Assembly (NCBI GenBank): GCA_038248915.1
Contig: JBBRXB010000003.1
Span: 49,091-113,090, forward strand
Reading direction: 5' to 3'
Length of the DNA stretch: 64,000 nucleotides
Source: Candidatus Limnocylindrales bacterium
GTDB taxonomy: Bacteria > Chloroflexota > Limnocylindria > Limnocylindrales > CSP1-4
Position 1 is the first letter of the stretch, and each line of letters starts with the position of its first letter. The position numbers were made by a program, and so were the translations under genes. The notes beneath the pieces are model-generated. The model was not told where the DNA came from, did not search any database, and was given only the letters and a program-made list of their open reading frames with translations. This document shows positions 38,484-48,299 of the stretch, one piece after another.

Positions 38484-38695
38484 CTGCCCGTCTGCCTCCT
38501 GTCGTCGTGTGGTTCGGATCCGGTTGCGTCCGGTTTATCGGGACGCGAGTCCCATTCTGCTGGTATGCTCACTGTGCCATGCGCAGCCCGACCGGGTCAA
38601 TCACCCGGACCACGACCGGCCCCGCGACACCGCCCACGCCCGTGACGCACGTGCCTCCCCTCCCCGCCGTCGCCGGCACCGCCCGGAGCGGCCCG

Positions 38696-39445
38696 ATGGC
38701 CCGCTGGGTCCGCGTCCTGGAGGCCTTCGCCGTGTCGGGTGAATGGGGCATCCGCGACCTGGCCCGCGCGACGGACATCCCGCGCAGCGCAGCCCATCGC
38801 ATCCTCCATGACATGGCCGCGCTCGGATTGTTGGCGCCGGCCGACGAGGCCGGCCGGTTCCGGGTCGGGGCGGATCTCGCCCGGATCGGGCTCCTCGTCG
38901 CCGAGCACCTCGACATCCGCCGCGTCGGCCGGCCGTTCCTCGAGCGCGCATCCGCGGCCATCGGTGAGACCGTCGTCATCGCCATCTACGACCCGGTCCG
39001 ACGCCAGTTCTCCGCGGTCGACGCGGTCGAGACCAGCCATCCGATCCGCTACCTGTGGGAATCGCTCCGCGATTGGAGCGACCTCCACCTCGGCTCGTCC
39101 GGCAAGGGCATCCTCGCGTTCCTGCCGCCGGACGAGCAGGCGGCCATCCTTGAGCGGCTGCCGGATCCGATCCCGGGCCGCACCGCCCTGACCAAGGAGC
39201 AGCTGCGTGCAGAGCTCGAGGCGGATCGAGGGCGAGGCTACGTCGTGAGCCACGGCGAGCGCTACGAGGGCGCGGTCGGTGTCTCGGCCCCGGTCCGCGA
39301 CGCCCGCGGCCGTGTCGTCGGCGACCTGATCGCGACCTGGCCGGACAACCGCACGGACGCGGTCAAGGAGGCGGCTGCAGGGATCGTGGTGATGGCCGCC
39401 GCGGACGATCTGTCGCGCCGGCTTGGCTGGAATGGCCATGAGTGA
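38696..39445 (+). CDS. IclR-family transcriptional regulator
   Basis: N-terminal wHTH (VRVLEAFAVSGEWGIRDLARATDIPRSAAHRIL) and C-terminal IclR effector domain. GGAGCGG RBS. Confidence 0.8.
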   Translation: MARWVRVLEAFAVSGEWGIRDLARATDIPRSAAHRILHDMAALGLLAPADEAGRFRVGADLARIGLLVAEHLDIRRVGRPFLERASAAIGETVVIAIYDPVRRQFSAVDAVETSHPIRYLWESLRDWSDLHLGSSGKGILAFLPPDEQAAILERLPDPIPGRTALTKEQLRAELEADRGRGYVVSHGERYEGAVGVSAPVRDARGRVVGDLIATWPDNRTDAVKEAAAGIVVMAAADDLSRRLGWNGHE

Positions 39446-40469
39446 GCCGATCCGGATCGGGATCGTGGGCGCCGGCCGGATCGTCGAAGCTGAGCACGTC
39501 CCACGCTTTCGTGCCATCGCCGGCGTCGAACTGGTCGGCGTGGCCAATCGGTCCGAAGCGTCGTCGCGCGCCGCCGCCGAGTGGCTGGGGCTCCCCCGCG
39601 CCTATTCGTCCTGGCAGACGCTCGTGGCCGATCCCGCGATCGACGCGGTCGTCGTGGGTGCGTGGCCGGTCTTCCACGCTCCGGTCACGATCGCCGCGCT
39701 CGAGGCGGGCAAGCACGTGCTGACCGAGGCCCGCATGGCGGCCACCGCCGACGATGCCCGGGCCATGGTGCGACGCGCCCGCGCCCACCCGGACCTCGTC
39801 GCGATGGTCGTCCCCGCCACGTTCTCCTCCTGGGCAGACGGCACGGTCGCCCGGCTGCTGCGCGACGGCACGATCGGCCACGTTCGCCACGTGCAGGTCG
39901 GCTGGGACAACGGCGGACCAGGCGACGCCGGCGATTTCTGGCGCTGGCAGCGAGCCACCAGCGGCGACAACATCATGGCCCTCGGCATCCTGGCTGAGGC
40001 GATGACCCGCTGGCTCGGCCAGCCGGAGGCTGTCACCGCCACGACCCGGCTGGGCGCGCCGCAACGACCCGGTCCGCACGGTCCGATCACGGTGGACGTT
40101 CCCGACCACGTCCTTGCCCTCGTCGACTTCCCGGACGACGTGACCGCCACGATCGAGATGTCGGCGCGAATCAACCATGTGCGTCCCGACCACGCGACCA
40201 TCCATGGCACCGACGGCACGCTCCATGTCGACCTCGGCGCCAAGCAGATCGACCTCGTCCGCGCGGGAACCCGCGAGCCCGTCGCCATCCGCGACGAGGA
40301 CCGTGCCGGCTGGACGGCCGAAGTCGACTTCGTCTCGGCGATCCGCGGCGGCCCGCCCGGCACCCTGACTGACTTCGTGACCGGGCTCGGCTACATGGCA
40401 TTCCTGGAAGCCGTCCACCGTTCCGCGGCCAGCGGCTGCCGCACCGTCATCGACGGAGACGCATCGTGA
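39438..40469 (+). CDS. Gfo/Idh/MocA family oxidoreductase
   Basis: IRIGIVGAGRI Rossmann motif. Start overlaps the IclR stop. Confidence 0.8.
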   Translation: MSEPIRIGIVGAGRIVEAEHVPRFRAIAGVELVGVANRSEASSRAAAEWLGLPRAYSSWQTLVADPAIDAVVVGAWPVFHAPVTIAALEAGKHVLTEARMAATADDARAMVRRARAHPDLVAMVVPATFSSWADGTVARLLRDGTIGHVRHVQVGWDNGGPGDAGDFWRWQRATSGDNIMALGILAEAMTRWLGQPEAVTATTRLGAPQRPGPHGPITVDVPDHVLALVDFPDDVTATIEMSARINHVRPDHATIHGTDGTLHVDLGAKQIDLVRAGTREPVAIRDEDRAGWTAEVDFVSAIRGGPPGTLTDFVTGLGYMAFLEAVHRSAASGCRTVIDGDAS

Positions 40470-41314
40470 AGCTGTTGGAGTTCGCGCGCTCGACGATCCT
40501 GTTGCGGATCGACCTGGACGTGCTGACCGCGCGAACGCTCAGTCACGAACCACCGTTCGCGCTGAACAACGGCCGGGTTCCGATCGATAGCATCTGCCGG
40601 ATCACTGAATGCGACGGCGGACGGGTCCACACCTATGTCCTCGGTGGTGACTGCAAGACGGAGCGGGTCGGGGCAGCGGCAGAGCTGTTCCTGGAGCCCA
40701 ATGCGGACTTCATCCCGATCTTCTCGGATGACGCGTTCATGCACATCAAGACGTTCGCGCGGGCGGGCACACAGGCCCAGGCCTACCCGCCGGGCTCGGG
40801 CGAGCAGAGCGACCGGTTGATCTCCGCGCTGACCGAATCCTTCGTCGGCGTCCATTTCGATCTCGTCGAGCGCGAGGGCGAGCGACTGGCGGACGGCCGG
40901 GCCATCGTCGACGCCGTCCTCGCCAACGACGTCATCGTCGGCGTCCACCGCCTGCGCACCGATCGCTACGACGTCGAGATCGAATACCCGGCCAAGACGA
41001 TCAACGCCAACGAGCGAGACATCGTCTACCAGACCGACACCGGCCCGATCCTGTGGCCCGACCTCGAGCGCGACCCGGCCGACCTGCTGTCCGGGCTCGA
41101 GCTCGCCTTCACGGCCGCCAACGCGCCGGACTGGGCCCAGATCATCGTGCGCCGCCGGACGTCGATCGCCGACGGCGTCGAGGTCTACCACTACGCCGAC
41201 TCGATTCGGGTGGAGGCCATCGCCAACGAGTTCTACCGGATCCCCGACGACGCGCCGATCACCCGGCGCCGGGTCGACCTGATGGCGACCACGAATGGAG
41301 AGGGCCGATCATGA
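40466..41314 (+). CDS. Hypothetical protein (282 aa) translationally coupled between the Gfo oxidoreductase and an enolase-family gene
   Basis: GTGA and ATGA overlaps on both sides. Normal amino-acid composition. No motif recognised. Confidence 0.5.
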   Translation: MKLLEFARSTILLRIDLDVLTARTLSHEPPFALNNGRVPIDSICRITECDGGRVHTYVLGGDCKTERVGAAAELFLEPNADFIPIFSDDAFMHIKTFARAGTQAQAYPPGSGEQSDRLISALTESFVGVHFDLVEREGERLADGRAIVDAVLANDVIVGVHRLRTDRYDVEIEYPAKTINANERDIVYQTDTGPILWPDLERDPADLLSGLELAFTAANAPDWAQIIVRRRTSIADGVEVYHYADSIRVEAIANEFYRIPDDAPITRRRVDLMATTNGEGRS

Positions 41315-42438
41315 AGGTCACCGCGATCGAATCCCGGGTCATCGGCTACGACATCGCCGAGGCGTGGGGCGAAGGCCTCCTGCCCGAAGGCATCAACACG
41401 AGCTGGTACGAGTACTCGTTCGACACGTTCGAAACGGACGACGGGCTCGTCGGCTACACGATGCAGAACGCCAACCTGCGCGATGGCGCAGCGATGATCA
41501 ACGTGCTCCACGACCTGTATGCCCCGCAGGTCATCGGCGAGGATCCGCTCCAGAGCGAGGCGCTGTGGCAAAAGCTGCGCCGCCTCAACCGCCACGCCTA
41601 CAACCTGTCCGACGGGATGGCCGGCGCCATCGACGTGGCGGTCTGGGACATCCGCGGCAAGGCGGCCGGCATGCCGATCGCGACGATGCTCGGCCTCGCC
41701 CGCGAGAAGATCCCGGCCTACGCCACCGCCCGCAACATCGAGCCGACGCCCGACGACGTCTACAAGGAGGCGGCCGAGCGCAAGGCACAGGGTTACCATG
41801 GCTTCAAGGTCCAGTTCTGGGATGGCCTCGACCGCGACATCCCGCGCTTCCGGGCCGCGCGTGAGGCGGTCGGCGACGACTACCCGCTGATGCAGGACGC
41901 CGCCGGGATGTACAGCTACACGCAGGCGTTGGCCGCGGGCAAGGTCCTGGGCGAGCTCGGCTACACCTGGTTCGAGGAACCCATCCCGGACCGCAACCTG
42001 TTCCAGCTCCAGCGTCTGACCGCCCAGCTCGACGTGCCGATCCTGGCCGGCGAGACCTCGCGGGTCCACGAGCTGGCCGAGATGATCCGGATGGGCGCCT
42101 GCGACATCGCCCGGGGCGACGTCCACATGAAGGAGGGCATCACCGGCCTGCACAAGGCGGCCGGCCTGGCGGACCTGCTCGGCTTCGAGCTCGAGGTCCA
42201 CGGCATCAACCAGCCGCTGCTCGACACCGCCAATCTGCATGTGGCGCTGTCGATGTCGAACGGACGCTGGTCCGAGACCTTCCACCCGATCTACTACCGC
42301 GGCCTCAAGGGTGGACCGCTCGACATCGATGCCGAGGGCTACAAGCACCTGCCGGCCGGGCCCGGCCTCGGCGTCGAGCTCGACTGGGACTGGATCGACG
42401 ACAACACGCGTTCGACGCGACGGACACCCGCCGCCTGA
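41311..42438 (+). CDS. Enolase-superfamily protein (mandelate racemase-like)
   Basis: MKVTAIESRVIGYD... capping domain and barrel domain. GGAGAGGG RBS. Confidence 0.85.
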   Translation: MKVTAIESRVIGYDIAEAWGEGLLPEGINTSWYEYSFDTFETDDGLVGYTMQNANLRDGAAMINVLHDLYAPQVIGEDPLQSEALWQKLRRLNRHAYNLSDGMAGAIDVAVWDIRGKAAGMPIATMLGLAREKIPAYATARNIEPTPDDVYKEAAERKAQGYHGFKVQFWDGLDRDIPRFRAAREAVGDDYPLMQDAAGMYSYTQALAAGKVLGELGYTWFEEPIPDRNLFQLQRLTAQLDVPILAGETSRVHELAEMIRMGACDIARGDVHMKEGITGLHKAAGLADLLGFELEVHGINQPLLDTANLHVALSMSNGRWSETFHPIYYRGLKGGPLDIDAEGYKHLPAGPGLGVELDWDWIDDNTRSTRRTPAA

Positions 42439-42494
42439 GGGACGAACACCCGTCGTCGGGCTCGTTCCTCGCGGGTCCGACGCATACTCCGGGG

Positions 42495-44105
42495 ATGGAC
42501 GATGCGTCGATCGGACCGAGCTCGCCGGATCGTCGATGGGCGCTGGGCGGCGAGGCGTTTGCGGTCCTGATCCTCGTGCCGGCCCTGTGGTTCAGCGCGT
42601 GGGCCTTCGGCGCGGCCGGCGGCAACACCGGCTACGGGGTCTGGGCCGCCGTGGGGCTGGTCGCTTGCGCCGTCATCTGCCTGGGCAGCCTGGCCCGGAC
42701 GGACCCCGTCGGTTATGCCTCGATCGCCGGTCCGGTGCTGGTTTCCGGGGCCATCGTCGTCGCGCTCGAGTGGGCCCGCATGAACGCGGCCGCGCTCGTG
42801 ACCCTCGCCTTCGCCTGGCTCGTCGCCTGGATCTTCTTCGGCGACCGCATCTGGCCGACCTGGTCACGGCTCGTCCTTCGCCGGGGAGCGACGCCCGAGG
42901 CGACCTTCGCCGATGCATATCAGCGCCTACGGACGCATTGGGAGCATGACCGCGCGACCGATCGTGGGGCTCTGTGGGAGGAGGTCCAGGCGCTCGAGGT
43001 GTGGCGCACACCACGCACCGCACCCATCATCAACGGGCTGCTCGCATCGCTCGATATCGGGGTCCGCGAGAGCGACCAGGTCCGCGCCCCACGAGTCCGG
43101 GATCGTCTGGACGACGAGTGGGCTCGCTTCCGCAGGGACGGCACGACGTCCTCGAAGGGCGCCGCCATCACCGAACGTCCCACACGAGGCACGCTCCTCG
43201 AGTACCTCATCCCCGAGCTCGAGGCCCTCGTCGCGGAGGTGAAGCCGGATCGACAGCGCAGGATCGCCGTCGAATCCGCCAGGTATGCCTACCGGCTGGC
43301 GGGCGCCACCGACCTGACCATCGAGGCCGCCCTCGACGACGCCGCTCGGGGCCGTCCCGATGTCGCGGAACGTGACCGGATCGGACGCGAGCTAGCGGCC
43401 CTGCCGCGACCGTCCGGCGATATGGCCGGACCCGCTGCCGAGGCCGCGCTGATCGCCGCGTGGCGCCGGGCCGTATCGCTGTCGGCCGTGCTGGCGGCCC
43501 TGGTCGAGCCGATGACGCCAGTCGCCGCGGCAGATGCCGTGTACGAGGGCAGCCGGAGTCTGAACGACGCGGAGCTCGCCGAGCTCACGAGGCTGGTCAC
43601 GGGACTCGCCGGTCCGGAGGCGGCCGAGCGGGCCGTGATCATCGAGCCAGACCCGACGCTGGCACCGACCAGCGGGCGGCGCGCGGATGACGGCCGGCCG
43701 GCCGGCCCGGCGCGGACCGATGTGTCGGTGGCAGGTCTGGCCGCGGTCGGGCTCGCCGCCGGGATCGCCGGATCGGCCATCCGCGAGCCGCTGTGGGCGG
43801 TCTACGGTCAGGTCCCGCAGGCGGCGGCGCTGGACAACCTGGTCGGGGTGGTCATCGTGGCGCTGGTCGCGGTCGGCCTGCTGCTGATCGGTGGATACCG
43901 GCTCTCACCGATGGGCATCCTCGGCTTGTACATCGGCTCGCTCATCGCCAGCGTCCTCGTTGCGATGCTGTCCGATCCGACCGAGGCGTTCACGTTCGTG
44001 CTGCTGTACGGCGTGGCGTACGCCCTGGTGCTCGTCACGGGCGCCGTGCTCCTTCGCCGCGGTTCGACACGGAACGCGTCGGGCGGAGCGCCGACCGAGG
44101 CCTAG
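42495..44105 (+). CDS. Hypothetical polytopic membrane protein (4 N-terminal + 4 C-terminal TM helices flanking a ~330-aa soluble domain)
   Basis: Hydrophobic segments are seen directly. Ala-rich rather than Arg-rich, so unlikely to be a shadow ORF. Confidence 0.5.
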   Translation: MDDASIGPSSPDRRWALGGEAFAVLILVPALWFSAWAFGAAGGNTGYGVWAAVGLVACAVICLGSLARTDPVGYASIAGPVLVSGAIVVALEWARMNAAALVTLAFAWLVAWIFFGDRIWPTWSRLVLRRGATPEATFADAYQRLRTHWEHDRATDRGALWEEVQALEVWRTPRTAPIINGLLASLDIGVRESDQVRAPRVRDRLDDEWARFRRDGTTSSKGAAITERPTRGTLLEYLIPELEALVAEVKPDRQRRIAVESARYAYRLAGATDLTIEAALDDAARGRPDVAERDRIGRELAALPRPSGDMAGPAAEAALIAAWRRAVSLSAVLAALVEPMTPVAAADAVYEGSRSLNDAELAELTRLVTGLAGPEAAERAVIIEPDPTLAPTSGRRADDGRPAGPARTDVSVAGLAAVGLAAGIAGSAIREPLWAVYGQVPQAAALDNLVGVVIVALVAVGLLLIGGYRLSPMGILGLYIGSLIASVLVAMLSDPTEAFTFVLLYGVAYALVLVTGAVLLRRGSTRNASGGAPTEA

Positions 44106-45118
44106 AGCCGGACGACCGTCCCCTCGCGCCACGAGCGCAGCGCGCCGGTCGCCATCGCCACGGCGGCGAGGCCATCGTGGCCGTCGATCGTCGGCGGACG
44201 GTCATCCTCGATCGCTTCGACGAGATCGCGGACCTGGGCCGCGAACCCGCGCCGGAAGTACGGCGCGTGCTCGTCCCACGTGGTGTTCGCATCGGTGAAC
44301 CGACCGTCGCGATAGCCCCGGTCGCGCTTGTCGCCGCGCAGGATGTCGACGGCACCGTAGGCATGGACGTCGATGACCGCGTCCGTGCCGATGGCCGTGT
44401 AATGGGCGCGCTCCGTCGCGGCCGAGCCCGGGATCTCGTACGACATGAACAGGCTGGCCAGGAGGTCGCCCGGGAACTCGAAGGTGGCCATCCCGGTCAG
44501 ATCGGGCATGTCAGTCCGGCGCGAGGCGAAATGCGCGCTGACCACCGTCGGCTCGCGGGCAGCGAACCAGCGGACGATATCGCAGCCGTGGCTGCCCCAA
44601 TCGAGCCACGCCCCGCCCTCGCGCGGATCGAGCGGCCAGCCGGTGTTCGGGTAGCCCGGGAACAGGCGATGGACGTGGATCGCCACGAGATCGCCGGCCA
44701 CACCGTCCGAGATCAGCTCGTGACCGACCCGCACGGCGTCCAGCCAGCGCGAGATCTTGGCCAGGCTCAGCTTGACCCCGGCCGCGTCGCAGGCTTCGAT
44801 CATCGCGCGGCATTCGTCGACGCCGAGGGCCATCGGCTTCTCGAGGAGGATGTGCTTGCCGGCAGCCGCGGTCGCCAGCACGTTCGGCAGATGGGCCGTG
44901 TGGGGCGTGGCGATGACCACCGCATCGATGTCGGGGCGTTCCAGCAGTGCTTCGACGGAGGGCGCTGTGACCGCCCCGAACTCCGTGGCGAGGGCCGGCG
45001 CGCGCGTGCCGCCGGTGATCGCCACGACCCGTGCTCGTCCAACGTCCTGCTCGGTGATGGCCACGGCGTGGATGTGGGCCATCCCGCCGGCCCCGATGAG
45101 CCCGAACCCGACCGTCAT
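44102..45118 (-). CDS. Gfo/Idh/MocA family oxidoreductase
   Basis: VGFGLIGAGGMA and EKPMA motifs. GGAGGG RBS. Confidence 0.85.
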   Translation of the reverse strand: MTVGFGLIGAGGMAHIHAVAITEQDVGRARVVAITGGTRAPALATEFGAVTAPSVEALLERPDIDAVVIATPHTAHLPNVLATAAAGKHILLEKPMALGVDECRAMIEACDAAGVKLSLAKISRWLDAVRVGHELISDGVAGDLVAIHVHRLFPGYPNTGWPLDPREGGAWLDWGSHGCDIVRWFAAREPTVVSAHFASRRTDMPDLTGMATFEFPGDLLASLFMSYEIPGSAATERAHYTAIGTDAVIDVHAYGAVDILRGDKRDRGYRDGRFTDANTTWDEHAPYFRRGFAAQVRDLVEAIEDDRPPTIDGHDGLAAVAMATGALRSWREGTVVRL

Positions 45119-45410
45119 GGTCTGTGCCCTCCGGGTACTAGATGTGATGGGCGTACGCGTCGCTGGCGGATGCTCTGGCTGCGGCCCGCCTGGACCCGTA
45201 GATGGCAGGATGTGCGCCCGGGGACCGTTGCGGCGGGTATCGCGAACTCAGCGGCCCGACCGGACCGCCGTCTGAGCGTGGGTCCTCCCGCAAGACCATC
45301 CCCGAGCTGTCCCGGATCGACCGGAACGGTCCCCCCAGGCACGTCACGGCCGATACCGCGCGTCACGCATTCGCCCTCGTTGCCCGACGAAGTCCAGGGC
45401 GTGTCACGAA

Positions 45411-46214
45411 TCAGACCGCCACGACGCCGACGGCCGACGCCGTCTCGCCGCGGGCCATCGCGATGTGGGCCTTGGCGCCGACCGTGATCAACCCTAGCTC
45501 GTTCGCGACGGTCACCATCTGGAACCCCTGCTCGAGATAGCGGCGGGCCGTCGCGCCGTCACCGGTGTGCATCCCGGGCGCGACACCGTGCTTGACGCAC
45601 GACTGGCGGATCCGCTCGACGGTATCGGCATGGAGCTTGGCCTCGGCCGGCGTCCAGTCCTCGGACCAGGCCGACAGGCCGAGACCGAGGGCGAGGTCGC
45701 CGGGGCCGATGTAGATCGCGTCGACGCCGGGCGTGGCCGCGATCGCGTCGACGTTCCGGACGCCCTCCGGCGTCTCGATCATCACCACGCAGGCGGCCTC
45801 ATCGGTCGCCTCGAGGCGGTTCGATGCGCGCACGAGGGTCCCGCGCAGCGGGCCCACCGAGCGGCGCCCGCGCGGCGGGAAGTGGCAGGCGTTGGCCGCC
45901 GCGGCAGCCTCCTCCGCGCTGCCGACCATCGGCACGATGATCGCCACCGCGCCCACGTCGAGCGCGAAGCCGATCGCGGCGAAGTCGTTGGCTGGGACGC
46001 GGGTCGTCGGGGCAACGCCATGGATCTCGAGCGCCCGGAACATCGCCGGCAGCGTCGACGCGTCCGCCAGGCCGTGCTGCTGGTCGACGCAGATCTCATC
46101 GAAGCCGCCGCTGGCGAGGTACTCGGCGATCTGCGGGTCGGCCGTCGTGAGCCAGCCACCGAGGCTGGGCTTGCCGGCCCGCCACAGCGCCAGGAGCGGA
46201 TTGACCGACGTCAT
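45411..46214 (-). CDS. HpcH/HpaI family aldolase (2-keto-3-deoxy-acid aldolase)
   Basis: The C-terminal 267 aa of ORF 45411..46793 match the HpcH family; the upstream part of that ORF is a shadow. ATG at 46214, 33 nt downstream of the operator. Confidence 0.8.
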   Translation of the reverse strand: MTSVNPLLALWRAGKPSLGGWLTTADPQIAEYLASGGFDEICVDQQHGLADASTLPAMFRALEIHGVAPTTRVPANDFAAIGFALDVGAVAIIVPMVGSAEEAAAAANACHFPPRGRRSVGPLRGTLVRASNRLEATDEAACVVMIETPEGVRNVDAIAATPGVDAIYIGPGDLALGLGLSAWSEDWTPAEAKLHADTVERIRQSCVKHGVAPGMHTGDGATARRYLEQGFQMVTVANELGLITVGAKAHIAMARGETASAVGVVAV

Positions 46215-46246
46215 GGCGGCGTCTCCTCGGAAGGTTGTGGAGATGG

Positions 46247-46258
46247 ATTGTCGACAAT
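46247..46258. promoter_or_regulatory. Operator ATTGTCGACAAT (site 3 of 6) upstream of the HpcH aldolase gene
   Basis: Perfect palindrome GGATTGTCGACAATCC, with a TATGCT -10-like element (minus strand) just upstream. Confidence 0.55.
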
Positions 46259-46321
46259 CCGGAGCATACGCCCGAGTGGCCGACCGTCGCTCGACCGTTC
46301 GGCGAGGGTCGAGCGAGTGGG

Positions 46322-47128
46322 TCAGGCCGGCGAGATCATCCGACGTAGGAGGGCGTCCTCGCGGAAGCCGATCCGGAGGTAGACGCCGCGCCCCATCCGT
46401 GATGCGGTGAGGGTCGCCCACCTGGTCCCCTGGCGGGCGGCGATGTCCACGACCGCGAGCGTAGCCAGCGTCCCGAGCCCCTGCCCGCGTGCGGCCGGGA
46501 TGGTGCCGACGTTCGTGACGAAAGCGTGGCCGTCGCTGCTGAACAGCGAGGCGCAGGCGGCGGGTCGGCCGTCGCGCCGGACGACGACGTGGCGAATCGT
46601 CCGGTCGGCGTCGGCAGGCTCGGCGCCGGCCGCCTCGGCCGCTTCGGCCGGCAGCCGGTAGAGCTCGGCCCAGGCGCTCGATCGGCCGTCGTCGGTCCAG
46701 CCGTACGCGCCGGCCATGACCGACAGAAACGCATCGAGGCCGGCCGCGTCTCCGACGATCTCGACATCGCTGCCGACCGGCCGCTCCCTCCACGCCGTGA
46801 GGTCGAGGACCATGCCGTACTCAGGTTCCGTTTCGACGAACCTGCGACGAGCGAGCCGAGCATCGAGATCCGCCGGCGTCGTCGACGGCCCGATCCACCA
46901 CGTCGCCGGCACGGAGCCCCGCCGACGGAGGCCGGCGTCCAGATCGTCGATCCGACGCTCGATCGCCATGTCGTCGCCGGCGAGCTGTGCACGAAGGACG
47001 TGGTTCAGACCCTCGAGCGGGCGCGCGCCCGCAACCCAGGTCGCGTCGTCCTCGACATGGAGCTCCGCGCCGGGGAGCCCCGCGATGACCCCGAGGGCCG
47101 CCTCGAGCGCGGCCTCGGACGGGGTCAA
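46322..47128 (-). CDS. GNAT-family N-acetyltransferase (with N-terminal extension)
   Basis: C-terminal acetyl-CoA-binding region RGQGLGTLATLAVVDIA...GF. TTG start overlapping the upstream stop. Confidence 0.65.
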   Translation of the reverse strand: MTPSEAALEAALGVIAGLPGAELHVEDDATWVAGARPLEGLNHVLRAQLAGDDMAIERRIDDLDAGLRRRGSVPATWWIGPSTTPADLDARLARRRFVETEPEYGMVLDLTAWRERPVGSDVEIVGDAAGLDAFLSVMAGAYGWTDDGRSSAWAELYRLPAEAAEAAGAEPADADRTIRHVVVRRDGRPAACASLFSSDGHAFVTNVGTIPAARGQGLGTLATLAVVDIAARQGTRWATLTASRMGRGVYLRIGFREDALLRRMISPA

Positions 47129-48294
47129 GCGGGGCGGACCCCGGCGGCGTCGATGACCATCATCGAGACCGCGTGATGGCGCAGGTAGTCCTCGTCGATC
47201 TCGACACCCAGGCCGGGCCCGGTCGGGATGGTCGCCCAGCCGTCCTTGAACTCGAACGGTGTTGCCAGGACCCCCGCCCGGTGCGGGTTGTCGTCGACGC
47301 CGTACTCGAGGAACAGCTCGTCCGATGCCGGCGACAGCGTCGGGTTCGGCAGGCAGGCGAGGACCTGGAGCCCGGCGGCGATGCCGAGAGCGTTGTTCGA
47401 CGTGTGCGGCATCGCCGTGATCGAATGGACCGCCGCGAGGTCCGCGATCCAGAGGGTCTCGGCGATCCCGCCGCAGATGACCGGCTCAGGTTGCACGACG
47501 TCGACGGCGCGGCGCGCCAGCAGCTCGATCGCGTCGCTCCGCGTCTGAAGGATCTCGCCGCCGGCCAGAGCGATATCGAGCGCCGCGGCCAGATGCTCGT
47601 AGCCGGCATACAGCTCGCGCTGGCGCATGGGCTCCTCGAACCACACGAAGCCGAGCGAATCGAGGATGCGGCCCATCTCGATCGCGCGGGGCAGCGTGTA
47701 GCCCGCGTTGCCGTCGGCCATCAGCAGGACGTCGGGGTGGTCCTCGCGGATACGCTCCAGCAGGGCGGCCTCGTGAGCGACCGGGTAGCGTCCGACCCGG
47801 AATTTCATGGCCGTGAACCCGGCCTCAAGGACCCGCTCGACATCGCCCGGCCAGCTGTCGGCCGGGTCGACCCCTTCGACATACCCGCCGAACGCGGCAT
47901 ACAGCCGGACCTTCTCGCGGACGGGCCCGCCGAACGAGGTGGCGACCGAGACGCCGAGCTGGCGCGCCCGGAGGTCCTCGATGGCGATGGTCATCGCCGA
48001 GGCCGCGTACGGGTGCTCGGCCGACCAGCGGATGTCGATGCCGATCTGGCGAGACGGCAGGGCCGACCGGCCGATGACGACCGGTGCGACCGCCGCCAGG
48101 ATCTCCGGGATGCCGGGCACGGCGTACGTCTCGCCCCAGCCGGCGCGGCCGTCGCCGTCGGTGACCTTGACGAGGACGTAGGCGTGCGCGCTGGACAGCG
48201 CGATCGATGGCCCGGTCCGCGGGTCCAGCGTGTGGCTGACCAGGAAGGTCTCGACTCGTTCGATGCGGCGGCCGTCATCGGTCCCGGCTGGCAC
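47125..48294 (-). CDS. Enolase-superfamily protein (mandelate racemase-like)
   Basis: GTG start 5 nt after the FMN-dehydrogenase stop. The upstream part of ORF 47125..48444 is an R-rich shadow. Confidence 0.8.
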   Translation of the reverse strand: MPAGTDDGRRIERVETFLVSHTLDPRTGPSIALSSAHAYVLVKVTDGDGRAGWGETYAVPGIPEILAAVAPVVIGRSALPSRQIGIDIRWSAEHPYAASAMTIAIEDLRARQLGVSVATSFGGPVREKVRLYAAFGGYVEGVDPADSWPGDVERVLEAGFTAMKFRVGRYPVAHEAALLERIREDHPDVLLMADGNAGYTLPRAIEMGRILDSLGFVWFEEPMRQRELYAGYEHLAAALDIALAGGEILQTRSDAIELLARRAVDVVQPEPVICGGIAETLWIADLAAVHSITAMPHTSNNALGIAAGLQVLACLPNPTLSPASDELFLEYGVDDNPHRAGVLATPFEFKDGWATIPTGPGLGVEIDEDYLRHHAVSMMVIDAAGVRPA

Positions 48295-48299
48295 GGACG

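Noticed and set aside
46215-46793. Upstream 193 codons of ORF 45411..46793
   Set aside because: Arg-rich shadow overlapping the GNAT gene. HpcH homology and the operator-to-ATG geometry support the start at 46214.
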